Positions 1 through 11,012 of a DNA stretch of 24,974 nt are shown here, in pieces. A program made the translations under genes and the position numbers. Below the pieces are notes generated by a model. It was given only the letters and a program-made list of their open reading frames with translations, was not told the DNA's origin and searched no databases. Each line of letters starts with the position of its first letter. Position 1 is the stretch's first letter. The stretch spans positions 62,001 through 86,974 of the forward strand of contig PEAD01000011.1 of assembly GCA_002753335.1 (NCBI GenBank). Direction: 5' to 3'. Source of the DNA: Nitrospirae bacterium MYbin3 (GTDB lineage: Bacteria > Nitrospirota > Thermodesulfovibrionia > Thermodesulfovibrionales > Dissulfurispiraceae).

Positions 1-287
1 CCATGAGCAAGGAGAGAAGCAATGCCGTGAAGGTGGAGATAAATGCCGGCAACACTATCATCTCGGCATCAAATCCGGATATAGGCGAAATAAAGGACGA
101 ATTTGATGTGGAGTATGCTGGGGAGCAGATGACATTCGCCTTTAATGCCCGGTATATGCTGGATGTTCTTAACGCGATGAATACCGAAAAAGTAATGTTC
201 AAACTTAATGAAGCACTAAGCCCGGCGCTTATGCTTGAAGAGGGCAAAGAGGATTATAAATGTGTAATTATGCCGATGAGGCTTTGA
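1..287 (+). CDS. dnaN: DNA polymerase III beta clamp, C-terminal fragment (truncated by window start)
   Basis: C-terminal beta-clamp motifs 'ASNPDIGE', 'FAFNARYMLDVL' and 'YKCVIMPMRL'; immediately upstream of gyrB. Confidence 0.95.
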   Translation, partial: MSKERSNAVKVEINAGNTIISASNPDIGEIKDEFDVEYAGEQMTFAFNARYMLDVLNAMNTEKVMFKLNEALSPALMLEEGKEDYKCVIMPMRL

Positions 288-298
288 TTTTTGATTAA

Positions 299-2770
<2,472 letters not shown>

Positions 2771-2773
2771 AAC

Positions 2774-2850
2774 TGGTGCCCCCTAGAAGATTCGAACTTC
2801 TGGCCCCAGGTTTAGGAAACCTGTGCTCTATCCTACTGAGCTAAGGGGGC
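2774..2850 (-). tRNA. tRNA-Arg (anticodon CCT), CCA encoded
   Basis: Reverse complement GCCCCCTTAGCTCAGTAGGATAGAGCACAGGTTTCCTAAACCTGGGGCCAGAAGTTCGAATCTTCTAGGGGGCACCA folds as a cloverleaf; anticodon arm CAGGT-TTCCTAA-ACCTG; 77 nt. Confidence 0.96.
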
Positions 2851-2866
2851 TTCGATAAAGTTTAAC

Positions 2867-2877
2867 ATTTTAGCATA
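2867..2877 (-). promoter_or_regulatory. Putative extended -10 promoter of tRNA-Arg
   Basis: TATGCTAAAAT (TGn + TAAAAT) 16 nt upstream of the tRNA 5' end; TTGCCC lies 19 nt upstream of the hexamer. Confidence 0.55.
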
Positions 2878-2921
2878 TCCCTAACATGAAAGGGCAAGAA
2901 TACGGAAAATATGTGGTTGAA

Positions 2922-2950
2922 TTGAATGAGAGCAGCTCAAACCGTATCAT
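2922..2950 (+). promoter_or_regulatory. Putative sigma70 promoter of the yggS operon
   Basis: TTGAAT-N17-TATCAT. Confidence 0.6.
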
Positions 2951-3021
2951 CATGCGCATAATCATAGCCCCAACGCTATTGCTTCTTGAAAGTATTTCCA
3001 ACAGGAATACGATAAGCCGAA

Positions 3022-3723
3022 GTGAATACTAAAATAATATCTGCTATATTGAAAAAAATGAGCAGTGCTGCTATGAAAGCTGATAGATGTCCTTCAGAAG
3101 TTAATCTTATAGCGGTAACAAAAACAGTAGGCTTGGATGCCATAACCGAAGCTGCCCGTTGTGGCTTAAGGCTTTTCGGAGAAAGCCGTGTTCAGGAAGC
3201 GTGCTCGAAAATAGAGCAATTCAAGGTTGTTCTGAAAAGCGAGAAAATTTGCGGGGTAGAGTGGCATTTGATTGGCCATTTGCAGAGCAACAAGGCTAAA
3301 CTTGCGGTTAGTGCTTTTGATTTTATACATTCGGTTGATTCAATTGCGCTTGCGGAAGAGCTTGACAGGCAGGCATTTAAGGCCGGCAAAGTCCAGAGAA
3401 TTCTTGTTCAGGTTAAGCTTGCAGAGGAAGATTCAAAACAAGGTATTAGGGAGAAAGAACTTAGAACGCTTTTGGAGCGCATTAAAAGTTTTAAGAATAT
3501 TGATGTTAAAGGGCTTATGACGATACCTCCTTATTTTGACAATCCGGAAAATTCAAGGGAATATTTTAAAAGACTTTACCTGCTTCGCGAATCGTTGCAG
3601 AATACCGGGTTTTTGCTGCCCGAGCTTTCGATGGGGATGTCGCATGATTTTGAGGTTGCTATCGAAGAAGGCGCTACAATGGTGAGAGTTGGCACCGCTA
3701 TATTTGGGGAAAGGAGAAATTGA
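3022..3723 (+). CDS. yggS: YggS/PlpBP pyridoxal phosphate homeostasis protein (GTG start uncertain)
   Basis: LIAVTK, FGESRVQE, WHLIGHLQSNK, LSMGMSHDFEVAIEEGATMVRVGTAIFG. Confidence 0.95.
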   Translation: MNTKIISAILKKMSSAAMKADRCPSEVNLIAVTKTVGLDAITEAARCGLRLFGESRVQEACSKIEQFKVVLKSEKICGVEWHLIGHLQSNKAKLAVSAFDFIHSVDSIALAEELDRQAFKAGKVQRILVQVKLAEEDSKQGIREKELRTLLERIKSFKNIDVKGLMTIPPYFDNPENSREYFKRLYLLRESLQNTGFLLPELSMGMSHDFEVAIEEGATMVRVGTAIFGERRN

Positions 3724-3724
3724 T

Positions 3725-4522
3725 ATGATAGGATTCATTGGCGGCGGGAATATGGCTGAAGCGTTGATAAAAGGCGCAGTAAACAGCCAGCAGTCGGCGG
3801 GCAGATATTATTTTATATCAGAGCCTAGAGAGGATAGAAGAAAGTATTTAGAAGAAACCTACGGCATAAAAACAACATTAAGCAATAAAGAAGTTGCCGA
3901 TGCATGCAATATCATTATCCTTGCTGTTAAGCCGCAAAATATGGCGGGGGTGCTTGATGAAATTTCTTCTGAAATCACAGATGAAAAAACAGTAGTATCA
4001 ATAGCTGCTGGGATTACGCTTTCATATTTGCAGTCAAGATTAAATACAAAAAAGCTTGTCAGGGTGATGCCTAATACTCCTGCATTAGTTCTGGAGGGAA
4101 TGTCTGTAATTTCGCTTTGTGAAGGTTTTTCTGATTCGGATATTGCAACTGTTCGCGAAATTTTTATGTCGGTCGGCCGTGTTACAATTATGCCAGAAAA
4201 GCATATGAATGCTGTGACTGCTGTTTCGGGCAGTGGCCCGGCTTTTATAGCGCTTTTTATCGAGGGAATGATAGAGGCCGGCTTAAAATTAGGCCTTTCG
4301 AAGATTCATTCCGAGGAGCTTGCTGTTCAGACTCTTTTAGGCACGGCACGTCTTCTTGATTCGGGGATGCCTGCCCACAAGCTCCGTGAAATGGTTACTT
4401 CTCCCGGAGGTACTACTGCAGCGGGTCTTGCGGTTTTTGAAGAAAGGAATCTAATGCCCATAGTGCTTGATGCTTTAACTGCCGCCCGCAACAGGGCGGC
4501 GGAGCTAGGCAAAAAAGAATAG
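3725..4522 (+). CDS. proC: Pyrroline-5-carboxylate reductase
   Basis: IGFIGGGNMA, RVMPNTP, SGSGPAF, VTSPGGTT; start moved to ATG 3725, which follows SD AAGGAG. Confidence 0.96.
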   Translation: MIGFIGGGNMAEALIKGAVNSQQSAGRYYFISEPREDRRKYLEETYGIKTTLSNKEVADACNIIILAVKPQNMAGVLDEISSEITDEKTVVSIAAGITLSYLQSRLNTKKLVRVMPNTPALVLEGMSVISLCEGFSDSDIATVREIFMSVGRVTIMPEKHMNAVTAVSGSGPAFIALFIEGMIEAGLKLGLSKIHSEELAVQTLLGTARLLDSGMPAHKLREMVTSPGGTTAAGLAVFEERNLMPIVLDALTAARNRAAELGKKE

Positions 4523-4539
4523 CTGTCGGAGGAGGATAA

Positions 4540-4854
4540 ATGTTTATAGTAGCTAATTTTATTCTTGCGGCTGCCAAGGTGCTTGAGGTGGCTTTAGAGG
4601 CATATCAATGGATTATAATTATTGCCGCATTATTAAGCTGGGTGAATCCTGACCCGTACAATCCTATTGTGCGGTTTCTTCATGCTGTTACGGATCCTGT
4701 GCTTAGACCGATCAGGCGTAAAATCGGCTACAGTCTTGGGCCTATAGATGTATCGCCGATAATTGTAATACTGGCGATTGTTTTCATACAGAGATTTTTG
4801 ATAAGCTCTCTTGTAGAAATGGCTTACAAACTTAAAGGAGGGGCGATTATATGA
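4540..4854 (+). CDS. yggT: YggT family membrane protein
   Basis: LLSWVNPDPYNPIVRFL..TDPVL.PIR and IDVSPII motifs; hydrophobic; yggS-proC-yggT synteny. Confidence 0.93.
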   Translation: MFIVANFILAAAKVLEVALEAYQWIIIIAALLSWVNPDPYNPIVRFLHAVTDPVLRPIRRKIGYSLGPIDVSPIIVILAIVFIQRFLISSLVEMAYKLKGGAII

Positions 4855-5324
4855 GAATTACGCCGCTTGATATCCAGCAGAAACAGTTCCCGATGAAGTT
4901 CAGGGGTTTTGATGTTGACGAGGTGTATTCTTTTCTTGAGCTTATAAGAGAGGAGTTGGAAGAGCTGCTTCACGATAACGCTTCATTGAAGGAGCAGATT
5001 AATCGTGCGGACGAGCAGCTCAAGGATTATGGCCGCATGGAGTCAACACTGCGCGAAACTTTGATGACCACACAGCAGATGGTTGAAGATTATAAGACAA
5101 ACGCAAGGAAAGAAGCGGATTTGATAATCAAAGAGGCCGAGCTTAAATCCGAGAATATGCTAAAAGAAGCACAAGAAAGGGTTGCCAAGATACATGATGA
5201 TATCGTCGATTTAAAAGGCATTCGGCGGCATTTTAAAGAAGAGATTAAAAGGCTTATAGAAAGCCATCAGAAAATGCTTGAGTTTGACAAGGAGAGAGAA
5301 GGGGAAGACTCGGGTGAAATATAG
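4851..5324 (+). CDS. divIVA: DivIVA domain protein
   Basis: ITPLDIQQKQF...FRGFDVDEVYSFL N-terminus followed by coiled coil; ATGA overlap with yggT. Confidence 0.92.
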   Translation: MRITPLDIQQKQFPMKFRGFDVDEVYSFLELIREELEELLHDNASLKEQINRADEQLKDYGRMESTLRETLMTTQQMVEDYKTNARKEADLIIKEAELKSENMLKEAQERVAKIHDDIVDLKGIRRHFKEEIKRLIESHQKMLEFDKEREGEDSGEI

Positions 5325-6561
5325 CGCCCCCAAGGGCTTTCAGGATATTTTGCCCCCCGAAATATCTTTTTGGCAGCGCATCGAAGATTCTGCACGCGCC
5401 GTATTTGCTAAGTATGGATTCCATGAAATAAGGCTTCCGATAATCGAGTCAACTGACGTTTTTGTAAGAAGCATCGGAGAGATAACAGACATTGTTGAAA
5501 AAGAGATGTACACGTTCAGGGACAAGGGGGACAGGAGCGTAACCCTTAGACCCGAAGGTACGGCAGGTGCGGTCAGATGTTTTGTGGAACATGGACTGCA
5601 TAATCTTCCTTCACCGCAAAAATTTTATTATGCAGGACCGATGTTCCGCTATGAAAGGCCGCAAAAAGGTCGCTTCAGGCAGTTCTATCAAATCGGGGTC
5701 GAGGCGTTTGGTGTTGCTCAACCGACACTAGATGCAGAGATAATAGCAATGCTTAATGATTTTCTTAATGCTATTGGCCTGACCAATCTAAATTTTGAAC
5801 TTAATTCTATAGGCTGCGATGCTTGCAGACCTGTTTATAAAGAGGCGTTGCAACTTTTTTTAAAGGATAAGATTACTGAGTTTTGTCCAGACTGCAACAG
5901 GCGATATAGTACAAATATACTCAGAATTCTCGACTGCAAAGTTGAAAAATGTGTTGAATTAAGAGGCGGCGCACCGGCTGTTTCAGGGCATTTGTGCGAG
6001 CATTGCAGGATTCATTTTGACGAACTGACCGCTTTACTTGAGGCACTTGATGTTCCATTTTCTCTAAATGCAAACCTTGTCAGGGGGCTTGATTACTACA
6101 CAAAAACCACGTTTGAGGTGACGAGCGAACATCTGGGCGCCCAAAAAGCGGTGGCTGCCGGAGGCAGGTATGACAAGCTTGTCAAGGTATTCGGTGGGCC
6201 GGACACTCCGGCAATAGGGTTTGCTGTTGGTGTGGAGAGGCTTGCGGCGTTGCTTCAGGAAGCATCACCGGCCGAACAAGTGGCCCCAAAAGTGTTTATT
6301 GCCACTCTCGGAAAACAGGCCGATACAGAAGGCTTAAGAATAGCAAAAGCCTTAAGAAACAATGGGTTATGCACAGAACCAGGCTATGGCGCATCATTAA
6401 AGAGTCAGCTGAGAAGAGCAGACAGGATTGGTGCGGAGTATGCTTTGATTATAGGAGAAAATGAACTCAGTTCAGGAACTGCCCAATGGAAAAATCTTAA
6501 ACAGGGGACGCAAGGAGAAGTGGCATTAAAAGAGGTGCAGAGCTTTTTTACAAAGAGCTAA
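5314..6561 (+). CDS. hisS: Histidine--tRNA ligase
   Basis: KEMYTF, LRPEGTA, MFRYERPQKGRFRQFYQ, LVRGLDYY, GGRYD; GTG 5314 chosen as start (purine-rich SD upstream). Confidence 0.97.
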   Translation: MKYSAPKGFQDILPPEISFWQRIEDSARAVFAKYGFHEIRLPIIESTDVFVRSIGEITDIVEKEMYTFRDKGDRSVTLRPEGTAGAVRCFVEHGLHNLPSPQKFYYAGPMFRYERPQKGRFRQFYQIGVEAFGVAQPTLDAEIIAMLNDFLNAIGLTNLNFELNSIGCDACRPVYKEALQLFLKDKITEFCPDCNRRYSTNILRILDCKVEKCVELRGGAPAVSGHLCEHCRIHFDELTALLEALDVPFSLNANLVRGLDYYTKTTFEVTSEHLGAQKAVAAGGRYDKLVKVFGGPDTPAIGFAVGVERLAALLQEASPAEQVAPKVFIATLGKQADTEGLRIAKALRNNGLCTEPGYGASLKSQLRRADRIGAEYALIIGENELSSGTAQWKNLKQGTQGEVALKEVQSFFTKS

Positions 6562-6572
6562 AGGAGAGAGGC

Positions 6573-7979
6573 ATGTTAAGAATCACAAGTCCAAGCTACA
6601 GCATAACTTTGAGAGTTCAGTTAGAAAACCGTATCGGAATGTTTGCTCTTATTGCCACCGCCATAAGTGATGCTGGTGGCGATCTCGGTTCGATAGATAT
6701 TGTTGGTGTTGAAAAAGGCAATCTTACAAGAGAAATTACGGTTAACGCCCGTGACGAAGAGCATGAAAGAGAAATAGTAAAAGCGATAAAAAAGATCAGC
6801 GGTGTAAAGGTGCTCCGCGTGATGGATCGGACATTTGCGGTGCATCAGGGCGGAAAGATAGAAATACATAATAAAGTCCCGATGAAGGGCAGAGACGATC
6901 TATCAAAAGTTTATACCCCTGGAGTTGCGAGGATATGCAGAGATATACAGAAAAACCCGGAACATGCTTATAAATATACAATTAAAGGAAACTGTGTGGC
7001 GGTTGTTACTGATGGCACCGCAGTTCTTGGCCTTGGCGATATCGGGCCGGATGCAGCAATGCCTGTTATGGAAGGTAAGGCTATGATTTTCAAGGAGTTC
7101 GCAGGAATAGATGCCTTCCCGATTGCGCTAAGAACCAAGGATCCGGAAGAGATAATCAGTACGGTCAAGAATATTTCTACAACATTTGGAGGTATTAATC
7201 TTGAAGATATTTCGGCGCCGCGCTGTTTTGAGATAGAAAGGCGGCTGCGGGCTGAAATGGATATTCCTGTAATACATGATGACCAGCATGGGACTGCGGT
7301 TATAGTTCTTTCTGCGCTTATAAATATCGCAAGACTATACAAAAAAGATGTGCGGAAATTCAGAGTTGTTATATCAGGCGCAGGGGCTGCGGGAATGGCC
7401 AACGCATTAATGTTTAGCGCGTATGGTATTAAGGACATAGTGCTTTGTGACAGAAAAGGGATTATTTATGAAGGAAGAAAAGAGGATATGAATCCTTATA
7501 AAAAAGCTATTGCAAAGAAAACTAATCCAAGAAAACTCAAAGGCAGTATTTCTGATGCGATGAAAGACGCCAATATTTTTGTAGGTCTTTCGGTTCCGGG
7601 TGCTATTAGCATTGATGACATTAAGAGTATGGCCAAAGACCCGGTTGTTTTTGCGCTTGCAAATCCTGACCCCGAAATTGCGCCCGAAGATGTGCTTCCG
7701 TTGGTCAGGGTTCTTGCTACAGGCCGGTCTGACTACCCAAATCAGATAAACAATATGCTCAGTTACCCCGGTATTTTTAGGGGGTTGCTGGATGTTCAGG
7801 CCACAGGCGTAAATGAGGCTGTTAAGTTTGCAGCAGCGCATGCGATTGCGGATATGGTAAAGAATGACGAACTTCACGAAGATTATATAATTCCGAGCAT
7901 CTTTGACCGCAAAGTTGTGCATTCAGTTGCACATGCCGTATCTGAGGCCGCAAAAAAGACAGGACTTGCGCGCAAATAA
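6573..7979 (+). CDS. NAD(P)-dependent malic enzyme with N-terminal ACT domain
   Basis: [65 protein letters not shown]-like first ~85 aa. Confidence 0.93.
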   Translation: MLRITSPSYSITLRVQLENRIGMFALIATAISDAGGDLGSIDIVGVEKGNLTREITVNARDEEHEREIVKAIKKISGVKVLRVMDRTFAVHQGGKIEIHNKVPMKGRDDLSKVYTPGVARICRDIQKNPEHAYKYTIKGNCVAVVTDGTAVLGLGDIGPDAAMPVMEGKAMIFKEFAGIDAFPIALRTKDPEEIISTVKNISTTFGGINLEDISAPRCFEIERRLRAEMDIPVIHDDQHGTAVIVLSALINIARLYKKDVRKFRVVISGAGAAGMANALMFSAYGIKDIVLCDRKGIIYEGRKEDMNPYKKAIAKKTNPRKLKGSISDAMKDANIFVGLSVPGAISIDDIKSMAKDPVVFALANPDPEIAPEDVLPLVRVLATGRSDYPNQINNMLSYPGIFRGLLDVQATGVNEAVKFAAAHAIADMVKNDELHEDYIIPSIFDRKVVHSVAHAVSEAAKKTGLARK

Positions 7980-7983
7980 TGTT

Positions 7984-9024
7984 TTGAAGACTATTCGCGA
8001 GCAGACGGAAGACATAGAAACAAGCATTCTTCACCCAAATGCTTGTTTAAGCCGTAACAGCAAAGGCAGACACAGGTCCGAAAAAGAGGACAATCTCAGA
8101 ACCTGCTTCCAAAGAGACAGGGACAGGATAATACATTCCAAATCATTTCGAAGACTGAAACATAAAACACAGGTTTTTCTTGCTCCTCAAGGGGATCATT
8201 ATAGAACAAGACTTACGCATGTGCTCGAAGTTTCTCAAATTGCCCGCACAATTACCCGTGCATTAAGATTGAATGAGGATTTGACAGAAGCTATAGCGCT
8301 TGGCCACGACCTTGGCCATACGCCGTTTGGCCATGCAGGGGAGTCGGTTCTCAATGAACTCCATCCGGGCGGATTCGATCACTACAAGCAAAGCCTTAGG
8401 GTGGTTGATATGCTCGAAAAAAATGGCAAGGGGCTAAACCTGACATTCGAGGTGCGCGACGGTATTGATAAGCATTCTAAGGGGATAGGAGACATTGTAC
8501 CGAAAGGCATAAAGGATAGGCCATGTACGCTTGAAGGCAGTGTTGTAAGGATTTCGGATATAATTGCATATGTAAACCACGACTTAGATGATGCACTGAG
8601 GGCGGGTGTTTTAAAGCGAAAAGAACTCCCGTCGAAAATAATAAAAGTAATCGGGGATAGCTCTTCAAAAAGAATAAATACGATGGTCACTGATGTGGTA
8701 GTGGAATCTTTAAAAAAAGATCTGGCTTTTGTAAAAATGAGCAGGGATGTTGAGACTGCGGTTTACGGGCTGCGCGATTTCCTTTTCGAACGGGTTTATT
8801 ACAGCGAGGCTATCATTAAAGAGTTCAAGAAGGCAAGGATCATATTAAAAGCGCTTTACGAGCACTATCTTGAAAATGCCGAAGGCTTAACCGAAAGAGA
8901 GTGCATTTTGAAAACAGCAGAGAAGCACCGTGCTGTATGCGATTTTGTGGCTGGAATGACCGACAGTTTTGCACTAATGACCTATGAGCGCCTATTTCTT
9001 CCACAGCAGTGGGCGGTTTTATAA
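7984..9024 (+). CDS. dgt: Deoxyguanosinetriphosphate triphosphohydrolase (HD family, short form)
   Basis: [52 protein letters not shown]; start set to TTG 7984 just after the malic enzyme stop. Confidence 0.92.
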   Translation: MKTIREQTEDIETSILHPNACLSRNSKGRHRSEKEDNLRTCFQRDRDRIIHSKSFRRLKHKTQVFLAPQGDHYRTRLTHVLEVSQIARTITRALRLNEDLTEAIALGHDLGHTPFGHAGESVLNELHPGGFDHYKQSLRVVDMLEKNGKGLNLTFEVRDGIDKHSKGIGDIVPKGIKDRPCTLEGSVVRISDIIAYVNHDLDDALRAGVLKRKELPSKIIKVIGDSSSKRINTMVTDVVVESLKKDLAFVKMSRDVETAVYGLRDFLFERVYYSEAIIKEFKKARIILKALYEHYLENAEGLTERECILKTAEKHRAVCDFVAGMTDSFALMTYERLFLPQQWAVL

Positions 9025-9040
9025 TGTTCCACGTGGAACA
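9025..9040. promoter_or_regulatory. parS: parS centromere-like site (ParB binding)
   Basis: Perfect palindrome TGTTCCACGTGGAACA matching the widespread parS consensus TGTTNCACGTGNAACA; extends to 20 bp (9023-9042); ~9 kb from dnaN. Confidence 0.88.
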
Positions 9041-9073
9041 TTGGCATAATAATATAGGGGAAAAGGAGGCGGA

Positions 9074-9778
9074 ATGAGCAGAAAGCGTATTGTTTTTGTT
9101 GTGATGTTTATTTTTGCGGCATCTGCGGGACTGGTTTTTGGTGATTTGAAGAAGGGAGAGGAGGCGCTTGCGAAGCTTTTGGATGGGAACAAGCGTTTTG
9201 TTGCCGGAGTTGCGGCTCAAAAAGATATAAGCGATGCAAAACGAAAAGAGCTTGCTAGGGGGCAGAGCCCATCAGCTATTGTTGTTGCATGTTCAGATTC
9301 AAGAGTGTCTCCTGAGTTGATTTTTGATCAGGGGCTCGGAGATGTTTTTGTGGTTAGGGTTGCAGGAAATGTTCTAGATTCTATAGCGATGGGCAGCGTA
9401 GAGTATGCGGCAGAACACCTTCACTCGTCATTGCTTGTTATTCTTGGACACGAAAAGTGTGGAGCGGTGGCTGCAACGCTAGATGCAAAGGGCAAGCCGG
9501 AAGGCAATATAGGGGCCATAGTAAATAAGATTATGCCTGCGGTTAAAAAGGCAAAGGCTAAAGGCGGAACAAAAGAGGAAATGCTTAATAATTCTATCAA
9601 AGAGAATGTTTTGCTTGTAAAAGAGGATTTGATGAAAAAAAGTTCTATAATAAAACATCTTACCGAGGCGGGACAGCTAAAGGTTGTGACCGGCGTATAT
9701 AAGCTTGCAAACGGAGATATAGAGATGCTTAGCAGCGGAGAGGCGCAGTCTAACAAAACCCACAAACACGCTCATTAA
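9074..9778 (+). CDS. Beta-class carbonic anhydrase with predicted signal peptide
   Basis: Zn ligands in CSDSRV and GHEKCGA, RVAGN, GSVEYA; N-terminal basic plus hydrophobic segment; SD AAGGAGG. Confidence 0.93.
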   Translation: MSRKRIVFVVMFIFAASAGLVFGDLKKGEEALAKLLDGNKRFVAGVAAQKDISDAKRKELARGQSPSAIVVACSDSRVSPELIFDQGLGDVFVVRVAGNVLDSIAMGSVEYAAEHLHSSLLVILGHEKCGAVAATLDAKGKPEGNIGAIVNKIMPAVKKAKAKGGTKEEMLNNSIKENVLLVKEDLMKKSSIIKHLTEAGQLKVVTGVYKLANGDIEMLSSGEAQSNKTHKHAH

Positions 9779-9788
9779 TTATCTGTTT

Positions 9789-9824
9789 CCACGCGGGAGT
9801 TTTTGCTCCCGCGTGGTTTTTTTT
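9789..9824 (+). terminator. Rho-independent terminator after carbonic anhydrase
   Basis: CCACGCGGGAG-TTTTTG-CTCCCGCGTGG followed by T8. Confidence 0.9.
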
Positions 9825-10263
9825 AATTTGGCAATTCTGTTTTATTCTCTTTTGTCTCTAAAACCGGTATGCGTGCCTTGCTATTATCGCAAGAGGCTAA
9901 AAATAAAAGCCCAAACACTTTTTCTGCTTTTATATCAATCAGATACGACGAGTTGTCGTATCTGGCGACAAGCTTTCCGCTGTCAGAAAATTCCGAAAGC
10001 GCTATAATGGTATGCTTTTTTTGTCTGCAATCAATTAACAGTTTTGCGTCCGAAAAGCTGTTGTCAGACCTTAAAATACGTAAAGTGTATGATATGGTAT
10101 TTTCTTCTTTTTCCATCACGTTAAGATTTACAAGAAAATGCGTGTCATTGTTGGTTTCAACATTTATCCAGTCAGAAACAATTGCGGGAATGGCGGGGGA
10201 TGAGAAAAAAAGAAGATGCAAAAATAGCATGATGAAAAATGCGACCTTAAATAAACCGGTCAT
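9823..10263 (-). CDS. Exported hypothetical protein resembling the surface-adhesin E family
   Basis: Signal peptide, then W-x-x-V, 'IDC', 'F-x-x-x-G' and a C-terminal Cys; ATGA overlap with the upstream gene. Confidence 0.6.
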   Translation of the reverse strand: MTGLFKVAFFIMLFLHLLFFSSPAIPAIVSDWINVETNNDTHFLVNLNVMEKEENTISYTLRILRSDNSFSDAKLLIDCRQKKHTIIALSEFSDSGKLVARYDNSSYLIDIKAEKVFGLLFLASCDNSKARIPVLETKENKTELPN

Positions 10264-10613
10264 GGTTTTTTGCCCAGATCCGTCGGTTTTTTTAATCCGT
10301 CAAAAAGGTGATATAGCGCCATAATCGGATGCTTCCGTATCATACGCGGTCCGGAGTATCGCATAACTTCCTGAATTTTTTCTCGCAGTTTCGGCTTGTA
10401 GCAATGTATAAGGCATTTGCCGCAGGTGCTCTTTTTTTCTTGAAAGGGGCATTTATCAAGGCGGGCCAACGCATATTCAAGCAGGTCACGACAGTCGATA
10501 CAGAGTGACTTATTTGTGCAATGGAGATCTCGACAATATAGATTTATCATGGCCTCGATAGTTTTTGCTTCGCGAATCATCCGCGGATGCTTGATTTTAC
10601 AGGTGGTTTCCAT
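10260..10613 (-). CDS. ygbA: YgbA / 'nitrous oxide-stimulated promoter' family Cys-rich protein
   Basis: RE.KTI.AMI.LYC...H, C..C..LLEYA..RLDKCPF, C.KC.IHCYKP, VMRYSGPRM...HP. Confidence 0.88.
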   Translation of the reverse strand: METTCKIKHPRMIREAKTIEAMINLYCRDLHCTNKSLCIDCRDLLEYALARLDKCPFQEKKSTCGKCLIHCYKPKLREKIQEVMRYSGPRMIRKHPIMALYHLFDGLKKPTDLGKKP

Positions 10614-10629
10614 ATTGTGTTTCTGAAGC

Positions 10630-10710
10630 AGTATATCATAAAAAAAACCTGTTTTTCATTTGCAGAAAAAATGATGCAAATGAAAATAAACAGCAGTTGT
10701 CTGGTATAAT
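10630..10710. promoter_or_regulatory. Divergent promoter pair flanking a 12-bp inverted repeat
   Basis: TTTTCATTTGCA-N10-TGCAAATGAAAA (10653-10686); TG-A-TATACT on minus (10638-10630); TG-G-TATAAT on plus (10702-10710). Confidence 0.6.
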
Positions 10711-10744
10711 CAGATTTATCTATATGTGAATCAGGAGGAGATGG

Positions 10745-10942
10745 ATGGGAAAAATATTTTCTTTTTTATTAGTGATAATTTTTGCTTTAGCATTTCTAGG
10801 CTGCAAAAAAGTTGAAGAGCGTATTGAAAAAAGGGTAGAGCAGGTAAAAGACGCACGCGAAACTGCGGAAGAAGCGAATAAAAAAATTCTTGAATCTCAG
10901 AAAAAAGCAAAAGAGGCTATGGCAGAAGCAGAGAAAAAGTAG
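10745..10942 (+). CDS. Small coiled-coil lipoprotein, unknown function
   Basis: Signal peptide with lipobox FLGC; K/E/A-rich helix; strong SD AGGAGGA. Confidence 0.8.
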   Translation: MGKIFSFLLVIIFALAFLGCKKVEERIEKRVEQVKDARETAEEANKKILESQKKAKEAMAEAEKK

Positions 10943-10950
10943 CTGGTGCT

Positions 10951-10961
10951 TATGCTAAAAT
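10951..10961 (+). promoter_or_regulatory. Putative extended -10 promoter of purF operon
   Basis: TATGCTAAAAT about 50 nt before purF; no recognisable -35. Confidence 0.5.
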
Positions 10962-11012
10962 ATAACCTACGCGCATATCTTAAATAGCTTTAACTTTAGC
11001 CAGAGGAACCGA

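Noticed and set aside
5811..6006. Cys-rich insertion in HisRS (CDAC, CPDC, CEHC)
   Set aside because: A common feature of HisRS in many anaerobic bacteria; not novel.
7979..7987. Mini-ORF ATG-TTT-TGA between malic enzyme and dGTPase
   Set aside because: Too short to distinguish from chance; TTG 7984 explains dGTPase initiation.
9869..10324. 151-aa plus-strand ORF
   Set aside because: Antisense shadow of the adhesin-E-like and ygbA genes; starts after a plus-strand terminator and has no SD.
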